A stretch of 63,609 bases of DNA, filler included, from Reclinomonas americana ATCC 50394 (lineage: Eukaryota): NCBI GenBank assembly GCA_048213135.1. It is 7 parts of 5 records of this genome, joined end to end, with 100 filler letters (N's around TTAATTAATTAA, not from the genome) between each part and the next. Parts side by side here need not be neighbours in the genome. Positions count along the whole stretch, not along the records: positions 1 to 12,266 come from PS015515.1; positions 12,367 to 23,142 come from PS015515.1; 5 more parts are not named here. One strand, written 5' to 3'. Positions 1 to 13,468 of the stretch are shown in pieces. The translations under genes and the position numbers were made by a program. The notes below the pieces were generated by a model. That model searched no databases, had not been told where the DNA came from, and was given only the letters and a program-made list of their open reading frames with translations. Position 1 is the stretch's first letter. Each line of letters starts with the position of its first letter.

Positions 1-659
1 TGTGCATTTTCCGTCACCAGTCGCACCGCTGTTGCACGTGCCGCCGTTGAGGCAGGTCGGGCAGGTGTCTGCAAGGAGGGGAATAGGAGAGAAGATAAGT
101 CAAAAGGAGCGATGATGCTACAACGATATCTCTGTGAGTCAGCGCAACTGGCACAAAGTGATCCCCAGCTGTTGGTGCTGCAGACGCATCCAGTGCCAGT
201 GACGCCAGTCGAGCATGACACGGCATTGACGTTGCTGCAAGGCAAGACATGATTCAGCATCGCGTCTGTATGCACTGTTATTGATCACGACTGGAGATAC
301 CATGAAGAGCACAGTCCAGAGCAGGTGGCACCAAAGCGGCCAGCAGCACAGTTTTTGCAGCCCGACGAGAGGTCCCATCCGGCGACGCAGGCTATTTGTG
401 CATGTTCTAGTCAGGAAGCGATATGAGGAAAGAAACATGCAGCATGACTCAACTGGCACACCTGCAGCGACATTGTGTGAGTTCACACTCAACGCACTCA
501 ACAAAAATCGTTCAATTCACGACGCAACTCAGATGCAGGATCGTAATTCTGGTTGCACACGCACGTGCCATTCGACTGACAAGTGCCATTGCCGTTGCTG
601 CGAAAGTCGACAAGAGTGTATATAAGCACAAGGAGAGCGACTTCCTGACGAGGACTCTC

Positions 660-3600
660 TCAGGCAAACCATGTCGTACATCCGCTAATAACATTGGTGA
701 ACGGTCCGACAAAGGCACTCCAGCGCTCCAGACCCGCGGCATTGGTGAAACGGGAGCGAATCCAGAATTGCACATTGTTGGCACCCAGCGTGGGGCTCGA
801 CAGGGTGAGGGTGGAGGTGGCGGTGGCGCCGACCGTGAGCTGGCTGTTGGAGCTGATGGTTTGCTGGGGTGCGGAGGTGCTGGCGCTTNNNNNNNNNNNN
901 NNNNNNNNGGGGGAAGGGGGGAAGGGGGGAAGGGGGGAAGGGAGGGAAGAAAGGGGAAAGCATGAGGAGGAGAGGGAGTGTAAGACGGGAAGGGGAGGTG
1001 AGAGAAGAGACGAGAAGAGAAGGGAAGAGAAGAGAAGAGAAGGGAAGGGAAGAAGAAAGAGCAAACAAAGAAAGAAACAAAGAGAAAGTCGATCAAAGTG
1101 AAAACAAGAGAAAAGAAATGAACAGGAGGAGAAGCAGAAAAGGACAACAAGCACAAAAAAGACAAGGTGAGAATAGGCAAAATAGGAGAGTTCGTGCACG
1201 AGAGAGAGAGAGGAGAAGAAGGGAATGTGGAGCATTTCAGTGAGTACATTTCCCTCTTGATGCAATCGCTTGACGCACAAACCTGCGCTGTACGAGGGCA
1301 CTGCCGCCATTGTGGGGCGGATGGCTCAAGGTGAACGTCCAGTTGTTGGATGCCAGTGCCGCCGTGGGATTAGAGATAGCAAATGGGCGAACTGTTCCGA
1401 CACACCAGTGAGCACACAGTGCGGCGAAACAGACAGACGAGTCAACAAACCAGCAATGTTGCGACCGGAGACCACCAGCGAAAAGTTCTCTGCAGTGATG
1501 ACAAGAGTGGGTTGACTGCCGGACCACACCACATACAACGCTTGAGATCACACGCACGAGAGCCAGAGGGCAGGAAGAAAGCGAGCACTCGCAGAGTGTA
1601 GACGCCGGTGGCCGGATTCGCGCGAACAATCTTCTCCGAGTTGTTCAACGAATCGCTCTGCGATGTGCCAGACGTGATAAGAGGCAGCCACGACGCAGGA
1701 GAATGACCAGCAGTGCGAATACAAACCGTTGTACCAAACATGGAGTTGCCCTTGTCCAGAGGCGACGCAGAGTCGTCGGCACCCAAGTGCAGCGACAGAT
1801 CAAGATCGCTGCGATGGTAGCGGATCAGTGGAATCGACACGCATGAATGTGGGATGAAATGCATAAGAACCTCGTGAGTCCAGGGCTCAGCGACGTCGCA
1901 GTCGCGTAATCTGTGGTCATGTGAGGACGACATCCTCTCTCAAGCACCCCTGCACAACGCTTACTCACCCGTCCACACCAACATGGCACGGAAGTACGTT
2001 GACACGTCGGTGACAGCAAATGAGAAGAGTGCCTTGTCGCCACTCGCCGACAGCGTAACATCCTCAGCGGACAGGGCGAAGGTGCTATGCGAAGAGACGA
2101 AAGGAGTGAGAGTTGAGTGAGGCAAGTTTTTGCCTTCTCTCTGTGAAAGCTCACCGAGTGATCGTGTCAGTGGTGCTCATGATCGAGGTCAAGCGCGGTC
2201 GCTGCATTGCACGTCAGCAGACTGCGGATATGTGGACAGTGAGAGGACCCATACACACCCCATAGCCCATCAGGCGACCCTGATCGAGAGCGCTGAGCAC
2301 TGAAATATTTTTCGTGGTCGTCGATCCTTGGTCGTAGAATGTGCCCTGTGTGCACCACTCGTGAGCAAGAGCGCCGTCGTCATTACCGAGGAAAACAACA
2401 GACACGCAACGGTCAGCCATTCGGCGGAGTTCATAATGGTGGCCTTCACCAGCGAAGCCGGCACGAACGAGAGGGGTACGGAACCGGCCGTGACTCCGGG
2501 TGAATTGGGATACCTGATATTGAGGCAAGGGCATGGAGAATGCCATTTACATCACGAGTGAAATATTCAAAGTGCATTTGCACGCAATGGCACATACACT
2601 GTCTCTAGCACACATACTGATATGGCCTCGCGTCCGCACGCACACACACACGCAACAACATGCAGACAACCTTACTCACAACCAGCACAAAGTCACGAAT
2701 AAACCTTCTTACATACAAACGCGCATGCACAGATACATACAAAGACACGTAGACAGTCTCAGTTACACAAACGAACATAAATACACGAATAATACCACCC
2801 TCACATATTTTCGTCTCTTCTCGCTTGCACACAACCACACAGATACAGCGACACTCTCACTTTACCAGCACGCAGACACAAGTAAATCCTTGCATACAAT
2901 CTCGCAAGTAGAAACTCGCCCACTCACAACTCATGGACACGGAGAAACCCACCAGTACATACAAAAAGGCAGGATCTCTCATGAGACGAGCGCACATGCA
3001 AAAACATAAAGAAAGACTGTCTCACTGCCTAACGCGAATGCACGCCCTCGCACACGAATCGAGAGACACCGCATACACATTAATACACAACACAACACAC
3101 TCACCATGTGACAAAGTATTGTCGCAAGTCCGCCGCGAGGCCGGCTGCATAAATCATGAGATTACAAATCATACAATGCCACAGTTTGTGGCAACAACGC
3201 ACCAATCAGAGGAGTGGCCATGGAGGTTCCGGAAAAGTAGACGGTGTTGCCGCCCAGCGCGCTCGTGGCTGAGCGAGACAGATGAGAAACAATCACTGCT
3301 CAGGGCAATGACATCACGAATACGCACACGTGGAGCCACATGAGGTGCTGGACTGTGCCGAGAGGACCTGCACGCCGGGGGCGACCACAGAGATACCCAC
3401 CCGTCCATCTGGAGTTGGTCCACGCGAGGAGAACGCACCCATGTCTTGTGAGGAGCCGGTGTTCGAGGCGCCGACAGCCATGAGGTTTTTGGCCACAGCC
3501 TGTCGTCAAAGAAGACAATGAGTAGAGTGCAAAAACGGGCGAGAGATGACATGCGGGAACAACAAACCTGCCCACTCATGGTTTGAGTACCGTCTCCCAA

Positions 3601-6600
3601 CTTGTTGCCGTTGTTGCCAGCAGCCCAGACGACCAGAAAATCCTGCACAATCATTTTAAAGACGAGTCGAGCACATGTCTCGCCCTCCACATTGTGCACG
3701 CACCCTGTTGGCCGCCACAAAGGCATCAACGTCATTGGCGACTGTCGTCCACGAACCACCGCAGCAGCCATACGAATGACTGGAGACACGAGCGCCGTTG
3801 CGATACAAGAGGCCGAACTGCGGTCACACCAGTGGTGAGCACGAGAGGAGTGAGCACGGGCTGTTGCTTTGTAAACCTGGTACTGCTTCACGTCGATTGG
3901 CGAGTACAGCAGCCCCTACACAATGCAAATGCAAAGGGTTAGACAAATGCGTGCACCAACCGACACAAAGACAGGCGCAACATCAGTCGGGCACTGGCTA
4001 TTGGTGCATGAGCACGGAATCTGTGGTGCGCAAGAGCAGGTTGTGCCGGAGGCCGCGTTACACGTCATGTCGTCTGCAAGGCGTGATGAGTGCGTGCATC
4101 GGAAAGCAAGTGAAACGCCAACGGAACGCAACAGAACACCAGCCGCGCATCGCGCGCCGTGCCGTGGAAATCGGAGAGGGGAGCGGTGGCGCCGGCACCG
4201 GAAGGGTTGCCGACGGCACTGCCAGTGGTGTGCGTGCCTGAGAGGGGACGGAAGAGAGCAAGGTGAATAAAGTGGCCAAAGGCACGTGCAAATAAATAGG
4301 AAAATAAATGTGGAGACCAAACTACGCTGATCAAAAAGCGCAAACAACAAGCATAAACGGGCAGAGGTAAAGATTAGCATCGGGTAGCTGGAGGAGAAGC
4401 TATAACAGGTGCAACACAAGCGATCTAAAAACACACGAGAAACAGACTGATAGGCTTGGAGAGAACCGCACACGAGCGCAAGCATGGATGCCGAAAAAAA
4501 CTGCGATAGGGGTAAAAGAAGTGGTGAAATACTCGCGAAATCAGTGACGGGCTTGGAGAGAAGCAAGGATGGATGACAAGAAAAAACAGTGAAAGGTAGA
4601 AGAATTGGTGAAAACACTCGAGATATTGACGAGCGTGGACACCAAGGAAAGAATTGAGATATCTGACTAGAAAGTGCAAAGCTGGGTAGACCTTGCCCAT
4701 GCAGAGATAGAGCAAGATGGCCAGACACAGAAGGGAGAACAAGAAGAGAGAGGCAACGAGAGGGAGAGTGAAAGAGAGAGGGGACAGGAAGAGAGAGAGA
4801 TGAGCGATTCTGCCATCAGCGTATGCCAGTTCTCCTCTCTCGTCTCCGTTCGCATGGTGCCTGAACATCTGACAAGCAGGTGCTCCATTCGCAAAGAGGA
4901 CTCACCGTGTCCATTGGTTGCGTTCTGTGCACCGTCGACAAAGTCAAAATACCTGCGCCAATGTGAGACCAAGTATGAGCGCTGCAGCAATGAACGCGCA
5001 CAGAGAAAGACTTACACAGAGATAGACGTGCGTGCACAAACTCACACACAAAGTCATAAACACACACGTGCATGTATACACACTCACTCACACGCACGCA
5101 CGCACATGAAGTCACCCGCAAATGCACAGTTACGCAAACACGACATAAAGGCGCACTCACTGATGCACGAAAACGTGCACCAACACACATGCGCAGGAGA
5201 ATCACATCAAACCCCAGTGCGCGCATACACACACAAACACGCAAGCATTCACACCACCCTTCACATGCACACTCACCCTTGGACCTTGCGGTGGTTGCTG
5301 TTGAAAATGACGTTCGGGTCGCGTGAATGCGGCACAGAGTTGTTCGCATCGTACATGAAGCACGTGCTTGCCTGAGGAATGACACATTAATGAGTGTCAT
5401 CTTATCTCCCGATGCACAAATGATTGGAAGAGAGAAGTCACCTCCATGCCGTCGTCCGACACTGTGCAGAAGCACGCAACAACGATTCAGGCCACTCATG
5501 CACATCAATTTTTTGCACGCAAAAAAGTCCAACGCACCAGCCACCACCTGCCCGCTACCCGTCATACCCAGAGTAGTGAATGGCTGCGAGAGACTCTGCG
5601 CGGTCTCCAGGGACCAGCGTGCATCTGCAATGCACACATGCATGAGGCCATGTACTCCTCCCATTCAAGCGTTACCATCACATGCGCACCGCGATTGGTG
5701 TGTCGGCTGGGCGTGTACACCTCCACGTGCATCACACGCGGCATGGAGGCCAGCACTGCCAGCGCGGCCGACACGCTGTCCGGGTTGCGCATCTCGATCG
5801 ACACCTTTTGCGAGTCCCACACCGTGTAGCGGCGCGTGAGGAGGCCCTCTGAATCGAGCAGCTGGCACAGCTGCGCCGCGAACACGGCGGGCGTGCTCTC
5901 CAGCGGGTGCGTCGCGACCTCCATGGTGATCATGTATGGGCGCACATCGGCGTCACCGCCGCTGGCGGCGTCTCCGGTGGCTGCAGGAAGTGAAGTGAGT
6001 GTGTGAGGGAGGAGGGAGAGAGTGAGTACGGGTGAATACACGCAACCCATTGTTCGCACTCGCCGCACAGCCGCGGATTCGCGGTGTTCCGAGACCACCA
6101 GACCCACCCATTGCAGCACGCGTGAGCCCAGCAGGGATTCCAGGCGGGAGACCTCGCTTTGGCTGGCGTAGACTGCGGGGAAGGAAAAAGGAGAAGGGTG
6201 AGATGGGGGAAGGGAAAGGGAAAAGAAGAAGAAGAAAAAACAAATTCAGGAGATGAGAGAGAGCAGAGGGGAGAATGAAAGTAAGGCATACACGCAAGAG
6301 GCGAAAGAAAAGAGAAAAGAGTGCAATACACACAAGAGAGAGATGAACGAGAGAATGGCAGAAACTCCAGAGAAGCATGCGTAATGATGGCAGTAATTCA
6401 CTGCTGTGCAGCGCAACTGAGGTAGGCGTTGTTGTGCACGTAGTGAACGGAGAATAGCGCCTCGTTGCAGCCGGCACAGGCCTGTTGTACATGCGAGAAA
6501 TGAGGGGGACATCGTGGCGAATTTCGTTGGGTTTATCATGAACTCACCGCGCCCAGCACGCGCACAAACTCGCGACGCAGACCTGGCGACGCCGGCACCT

Positions 6601-6877
6601 TGAGTGAGAACAAAAAATTGTGCCGCAGATCCGACGCCGTGCGCGTCTGAACGGCGTTCATGGTGGAGAACTCGCCAGCGTTGAGCAGCGGGTCGGTGGC
6701 ACGCAGGGCGAAGGAAACACTGGTCAATGGGGGTGAGAGTGGGGAGAGACTGGGAGGAGTGAGATGGGAAAGACCTTTGCTCATCGCGCTCAAATTCGGC
6801 CAGCGACTGGCGCCACGTCGGCGCAACGCCGGCGGTGGGATCGATGGTGACGTCGTTGAGGCGGATGAGGGTGGGTA
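660..6877 (-). CDS. Subtilisin-like serine protease (S8, KP-43/Dictyostelium TagC-like), multi-exon; 5' end uncertain
   Basis: GT-AG spliced exons give these motifs in order: GMTGSGQVVA|VSDDGME (catalytic Asp region), STCFMYD...NSNHRKVQ, DFVDGAQNATNGH|GTHTTGSAVG (His), FLVVWAAGNNG (oxyanion Asn), AKNLMAVGAS, FSSRGPTPDGR...VVAPG, YFSGTSMATP (Ser, ~3211-3240) and SLVKATIMNSA. The putative last exon ends at a stop at 660 and is less certain. Confidence 0.9.
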
Positions 6878-7157
6878 TCTGGAGATGGTGGAGAAAAAGG
6901 TGAGATGGATGGGAAGGAGAGGGAGAGGGAGAGGGAGAGGGAGAGGGAGAGGGAGAGGGAGAGGGAGAGGAACAGAGAAAGCAAGAGGGAAGGCAACAGC
7001 GTTCAGAAACTGCAAAAAATACTCAGAAACTGAACGACGACCGCAGTATCACGACAGTTGTGACAGCGATCGTTCTGCCCCGACACACCGCTCCACACGC
7101 ACATAGACAAACAATCAGAATGCAAAAGAAGAAACCAAGAGAGTCTGCGAGAAACCG

Positions 7158-7934
7158 TGACAATCGCAATATCAAGATCAGTTGTCTCTTCTTCTTTCTC
7201 TGCTGCAACTGGAGAATGCAAGAGACAGATAGATAGATAGATAGAGTGTGCATGTGTGTGGGGGAGCAAGTGAGTGAGTGTGTGACGATCGCAGAATCGC
7301 GATCAGTTATATTGTCGTATCTGTTGTCTGCTTCTCTCCTTCGCGTTCTCAAGTCATGTTGCAGACGAGCGAAGATAGCAAGTGTGTGTGTGAGTGTGTG
7401 AGTGTGTGTGTGAACGGAGAGAGAAACAGAGAGAGAGAGTGAGACGGTGAGAACGAGAGACGCAGTGAGACGATCGCAGAATCGCGATCAGTTGTTTCGC
7501 CGTATCTGTCTCCCTCCCTCATGTTGCACACGACCGAAGAGAGCAAGTGTGTGAGTGAGTGAGTGAGTGTGAGAGGGAGAGAGTGAGAGAAACAGACATG
7601 ATCGCAGTATCGCGATCAGTGGTTGCACTTCAACTCTCTCTCTCTCTCTTTCCCTCTCTCACAGTCATGATGCAGATGAAGATAGCTAGTGTGTGAGAGA
7701 GAGAGAGAGAGGCAGGGAGAGGGAGGGAGGGAGTGAGAGAAACAGAGAAATAGAGAGACGATCGCAGTATCGCGACCAGTTGTTGCACTGCAACTCTCTC
7801 TCTTTCTCACACACAGTCATGATGCAGATGAAGATAGCTAGTGTGAGAAAGAGAGAGAGGCAGGGAGAGGGAGGGAGGGAGAGAGAGAAACAGAGAAACA
7901 GAGACGATCGCAGTACGATCAGTGGTTGCACTGC

Positions 7935-7940
<6 letters not shown>
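7158..7940. repeat. Imperfect tandem repeat: core GACGATCGCAG(A/T)ATCGCGATCAGT separated by GA/GT microsatellite, period ~130-185 nt
   Basis: Core copies at ~7284, 7468, 7599, 7757 and 7903, with a degenerate copy at ~7158. Confidence 0.75.
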
Positions 7941-7999
<59 letters not shown>

Positions 8000-8902
8000 A
8001 NNNNNNNNNNNNNNNNNNNNNNNNNNNNNNNNNNNNNNNNNNNNNNNNNNNNNNNNNNNNNNNNNNNNNNNNNNNNNNNNNNNNNNNNNNNNNNNNNNNN
8101 NNNNNNNNNNNNNNNNNNNNNNNNNNNNNNNNNNNNNNNNNNNNNNNNNNNNNNNNNNNNNNNNNNNNNNNNNNNNNNNNNNNNNNNNNNNNNNNNNNNN
8201 NNNNNNNNNNNNNNNNNNNNNNNNNNNNNNNNNNNNNNNNNNNNNNNNNNNNNNNNNNNNNNNNNNNNNNNNNNNNNNNNNNNNNNNNNNNNNNNNNNNN
8301 NNNNNNNNNNNNNNNNNNNNNNNNNNNNNNNNNNNNNNNNNNNNNNNNNNNNNNNNNNNNNNNNNNNNNNNNNNNNNNNNNNNNNNNNNNNNNNNNNNNN
8401 NNNNNNNNNNNNNNNNNNNNNNNNNNNNNNNNNNNNNNNNNNNNNNNNNNNNNNNNNNNNNNNNNNNNNNNNNNNNNNNNNNNNNNNNNNNNNNNNNNNN
8501 NNNNNNNNNNNNNNNNNNNNNNNNNNNNNNNNNNNNNNNNNNNNNNNNNNNNNNNNNNNNNNNNNNNNNNNNNNNNNNNNNNNNNNNNNNNNNNNNNNNN
8601 NNNNNNNNNNNNNNNNNNNNNNNNNNNNNNNNNNNNNNNNNNNNNNNNNNNNNNNNNNNNNNNNNNNNNNNNNNNNNNNNNNNNNNNNNNNNNNNNNNNN
8701 NNNNNNNNNNNNNNNNNNNNNNNNNNNNNNNNNNNNNNNNNNNNNNNNNNNNNNNNNNNNNNNNNNNNNNNNNNNNNNNNNNNNNNNNNNNNNNNNNNNN
8801 NNNNNNNNNNNNNNNNNNNNNNNNNNNNNNNNNNNNNNNNNNNNNNNNNNNNNNNNNNNNNNNNNNNNNNNNNNNNNNNNNNNNNNNNNNNNNNNNNNNN
8901 NN

Positions 8903-8959
<57 letters not shown>

Positions 8960-10472
8960 CAAGGAGGAAGAAGAAGCTTGAGAAGACGCTGTTGAACACA
9001 TCACGGAAAAGAAGATAAGCAAGGAAGAGACAGGGAGTGAGAATAGACAGTCGAATAGCAACAAGAGACACAGTGAGAGAGAACAATGAGGAAGAAGCTT
9101 GAGAGGACGCTGTTTAACAAGTTCACGAGGAAGAAGATAAGCAAGGAAGCACAGCAAGACAGAGAGGAGGCAGCACAAAGAGAACAACAAGGCGAACAAC
9201 TGCAAGATGTGATTGAGTGATCACTCAAACTCACACAACACACACATACACACACACTGCCTCTCTCTGCCTCTCTCAGCCTCTCTCTCTCCGCTCCCAC
9301 ACACACACTCACCACCAAACGTCGACTGCCCCTCGCCTCCCTCTCGCCTCCCATCCTCCTCCTCCTCCCCTTCTGCCGCCTCCTCCTTCTCTCGCACATC
9401 CACATGCCCACCGCCTTCACTCGCCAGCATCACTGCAGACGCTCCCTCGGCCATTTTCCGCGGATTTGGCGCGAAAATACTCTTTGTTTTTTCGCGCGCA
9501 AACNNNNNNNNNNNNNNNNNNNNNNNNNNNNNNNNNNNNNNNNNNNNNNNNNNNNNNNNNNNNNNNNNNNNNNNNNNNNNNNNNNNNNNNNNNNNNNNNN
9601 NNNNNNNNNNNNNNNNNNNNNNNNNNNNNNNNNNNNNNNNNNNNNNNNNNNNNNNNNNNNNNNNNNNNNNNNNNNNNNNNNNNNNNNNNNNNNNNNNNNN
9701 NNNNNNNNNNNNNNNNNNNNNNNNNNNNNNNNNNNNNNNNNNNNNNNNNNNNNNNNNNNNNNNNNNNNNNNNNNNNNNNNNNNNNNNNNNNNNNNNNNNN
9801 NNNNNNNNNNNNNNNNNNNNNNNNNNNNNNNNNNNNNNNNNNNNNNNNNNNNNNNNNNNNNNNNNNNNNNNNNNNNNNNNNNNNNNNNNNNNNNNNNNNN
9901 NNNNNNNNNNNNNNNNNNNNNNNNNNNNNNNNNNNNNNNNNNNNNNNNNNNNNNNNNNNNNNNNNNNNNNNNNNNNNNNNNNNNNNNNNNNNNNNNNNNN
10001 NNNNNNNNNNNNNNNNNNNNNNNNNNNNNNNNNNNNNNNNNNNNNNNNNNNNNNNNNNNNNNNNNNNNNNNNNNNNNNNNNNNNNNNNNNNNNNNNNNNN
10101 NNNNNNNNNNNNNNNNNNNNNNNNNNNNNNNNNNNNNNNNNNNNNNNNNNNNNNNNNNNNNNNNNNNNNNNNNNNNNNNNNNNNNNNNNNNNNNNNNNNN
10201 NNNNNNNNNNNNNNNNNNNNNNNNNNNNNNNNNNNNNNNNNNNNNNNNNNNNNNNNNNNNNNNNNNNNNNNNNNNNNNNNNNNNNNNNNNNNNNNNNNNN
10301 NNNNNNNNNNNNNNNNNNNNNNNNNNNNNNNNNNNNNNNNNNNNNNNNNNNNNNNNNNNNNNNNNNNNNNNNNNNNNNNNNNNNNNNNNNNNNNNNNNNN
10401 NNNNNNNNNNNNNNNNNNNNNNNNNNNNNNNNNNNNNNNNNNNNNNNNNNNNNNNNNNNNNNNNNNNNNNNT

Positions 10473-10545
<73 letters not shown>

Positions 10546-11070
10546 TCATTGCCTCGATGCTCCCAGTGAACTATTCGACTGCCTCCTCTTGCCTCTTGTT
10601 CTCGTACTGTGCCTCCTTGCTTTTCTTCCTCCGCGTGAACTTGCTAAACAGCGTACTCTCAAGCTTCTTCCTCATTGTTCTCACCAACTCTGTCTGTTGT
10701 CTTTGTTGTGACTCTTCTCGTCTTTGGGATCCTCAGCTCTTCGATGTCTCCACGCTCGTCTTCTTCCCTTGTGCCTCTCAAGCTCATTTGCTCTCATGGT
10801 TCTCTCACCCTGTCTCGTGTTCTACTTTGTGTGACTCCACACATTCCTCCCGTTAAACATCTTCCTCTCGAGCTTCTCTGTTTCCTTGTTCTCTCTCACT
10901 GTGTCTCTTGTAGTTCGTTGCCTCCGTGCTCCCTGTAAACTATTCGACTGCCTGTTTGCACTCTGCCTCTTGTTCTCTTTCTGTGCTTCCGTGCTTATCT
11001 TCTTTCCTGTGATGCTGTTCAACAGCGTCCTCCAAAGCTTCTTTGCCCAACGGCCTCCTCTCAAGCTTCT
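8960..11070. repeat. Repeat family present in opposite orientations either side of the 9504-10471 gap
   Basis: 9080-9140 (GAGAACAATGAGGAAGAAGCTTGAGAGGACGCTGTTTAACAAGTTCACG) is nearly the reverse complement of ~10625-10682. More copies lie at ~8965-9020 and ~10995-11070. Confidence 0.7.
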
Positions 11071-11281
11071 TTGCCCTCCTCGGTTCTCTTGTGCCACATC
11101 TTGTTTCCAGTCTCTTGCTCCCTCCTTTGTGCTCAATCACCTGTGCATGCTGCCCGTGTCGCTTTGGGCATCTCGCTGTCGTGTGTCTCCCCGTTCTTAT
11201 CCTCCTCCTCCATGCCCGAGCCTCTCACTCGTTATCCGCTTGCTGTGGCCCTTCCCCCGCATCTCTTTTGCCATTTCGCAG

Positions 11282-11839
11282 TCCTCCTCGACCACTTCCG
11301 ACAAGAGCGCGCCGCCGTCGCCCTCGACGACATGATTCTGTGCCTCACCGAAGCACGCCGACACGACGCACGGAAAAAGGTTTTTCACCTCCCCCTTTCC
11401 CCAACCTTCCCTCCTCCCCCCCCTCCTCACCCTTTCCCTCACATGACAGGAACGCTGGGAGCCTCCACCCTCGGTACCGCACGACAACTTCCTGCGTCTG
11501 CACCTGAAACTGGAGCTGGAGAACAAGGCCACGTCGGCGGTGCCGGCCTCCCTCAACAGCGTCACCACGCCACCCGCCTTCACCGCCTCTGCGCTCACGT
11601 TTCCGCCCAGTCTCGACACGCTGGTGTTCACTGCCGCGGCCAATCCCAGCAGTCGTGCCGCGGTGCGCTCTGGCAGGAACTCGATTGTGCGTCCGCTGCC
11701 GTCGCCACAGACGCCGAAATCAACCGCATCCTCCTCGCCGCTATCGGAGTCTTTGGTCACCAGTGGCATGCTCTCCAGTCGCGGAAGTGCTTCGCAGGGT
11801 GATGCGGGAGCGACAGCAGTTGCGCGAGGAGGAGAAGGG

Positions 11840-11875
<36 letters not shown>

Positions 11876-11881
11876 CTGTAA
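11282..11881 (+). CDS. Hypothetical protein, 3' exons
   Basis: Two GC-rich exons with AG/GT borders splice in frame: LLDHFRQERAAVALDDMILCLTEARRHDARKK|ERWEPPPSVPHDNFLRLHLKLELENK, followed by an S/T/P-rich tail. Confidence 0.45.
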
Positions 11882-12310
11882 TATCTCGCATCACGTGATA
11901 TCGCACCTGGAGGTACGCACACACACCTGCATACCAAGAGCACCTTCTCTGCTTCTCAACTCATCTCGTCTCTCTGCCTCTCTTGCATCTCTGCTCTCGC
12001 GTTCGCTTTCTCTGTGTTTTTCTCTTCCCTTCTCTTCTCCTCTCCTCAATGTGCTTCTGATTTGTTGTCATTCGCATCACATTCTGTTCATCCCAACAGC
12101 ATCAGTTATCGAATTTAACTTGTTCCTCTTCTTTTGTTGCCGGTCTCCTTGCATTTTGTCTCGTTCTCTCTTCCCTTTCACTTCGCTGCTCTGTCCTTCC
12201 TTTCCCTTCTCTCCTCTCCTCTCCTCTCTCTCTCTCTCTCTCTCTCTTCTCTTCTCTCTCTCCTCTNNNNNNNNNNNNNNNNNNNNNNNNNNNNNNNNNN
12301 NNNNNNNNNN

Positions 12311-12322
12311 TTAATTAATTAA
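12311..12322. other. Artificial scaffold-joining linker
   Basis: TTAATTAATTAA (stops in all six frames) flanked by 44 N on each side. Confidence 0.97.
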
Positions 12323-12418
12323 NNNNNNNNNNNNNNNNNNNNNNNNNNNNNNNNNNNNNNNNNNNNGAAAAGGGGCTGTCTTTCATTTTTTCTTCCCTCT
12401 CTCTGCACGCGCGAGAAT

Positions 12419-13468
12419 TCACGAGTTCAAGAAATCAATCAAGTACGGCCACCAGTTCTGCGGCACCGGCGTCTGCCAGATCGACAGCTTGGTGATGCCG
12501 TAGGCCTTGAGGGCGTCGAAACGCTGCGTGCATGATTGTGAGCAGCGGACGGAAAAAACAAGACGGATGACACGCTCGTACCTGCTTGATGGCGCCCTCC
12601 TCGAACGGCTCATTGGTGCTCGGGTCGACCGTCATCAGGCCGATGCTCAGCTTTGCGGCCGGGATGGCCTTGCTGGCCTTGTCCAGGCGCTGCGGTGGTA
12701 GAATGATGAGGGCGGTAAGAAGCAGAAGAGGCGGGGAGACCGATGAGAAGCAGACCTGCATGAACGTGGTAAACGAGCTGCAGTATGTGTCCATGAGCGA
12801 CAGCTCGTCAATCGAGGTCGACCCGAGGAGATTCCAGTCCCACAGCAAACTCCAGGAGGCTGAGTGATGGAGAAAGTAAGATACTCTGGCATCACTCTCT
12901 CTCTCTCTCTCACTGTCTCTTGCCTGGCTCACCAATGTCCGCCGTCACAATCTTTCCACGCTTGTGCATGGCATCGGAGAACATCTGCACAAACTGTGCG
13001 TACCCAACCGCGTCGGCCGCCGTGGCACCGCTGTCGGGCTCCAGATCGAGGTTAAACCCGTCGTAGCCGTTGGCAATGGCACTGTATCGTCGGGGTCAGC
13101 CGTGGTGAGCACGGTTTCCTTAACCAAGAAAAAATACAAGCACGCAACGCCGCAATCGCGCTGTCAATAAAGGGCTGTGGGTTGGCAAAGAGCGCACGGC
13201 AGTGTATGATATCGCTCGGTCGACGATTGGGCGCCGTGTCGTTGAAGGTCGACACCATGGGAAGGGTGCGGAAACCGAGGGCTTTCAGAGGGCCGCCGAC
13301 GCGTGAGAGGACTGCGGATTCCACCAGGTCGCCGTGTACTCCTACGAAGGAGAAGGGGAATGGGTGAGGGGAAAGGGGGAGGGAAGGGGAAAGGGGGAAA
13401 GGGTACTCACCCAAGTTGTACTGCTCAAAGGAGACCGAGTTGATTACGTCGGCGTACTCTTGCAATTG
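12419..13468 (-). CDS. Glycoside hydrolase family 18 (chitinase-like TIM barrel) protein, 5' truncated by a gap
   Basis: Exons read ALFANPQPFIDSAI, AIANGYDGFNLDLEP (GH18 DxxDxDxE-like motif with the catalytic Glu, ~13040-13070), SLMDTY, IPAAKLSIGL and GITKLSIWQ...DFLNS*. Confidence 0.75.

Noticed and set aside
7158..7940. CRISPR-like repeat-spacer array
   Set aside because: The repeats are degenerate, the spacers are related microsatellite-rich sequence of variable length, no cas genes are present and the context is eukaryotic. The same applies to 45684-46058 and 58874-59165.
7693..10856. Long ORFs spanning N runs or made of ER/SL/HT dipeptides, here and throughout the window
   Set aside because: These are artefacts of gaps and (GA)n/(CA)n microsatellites.
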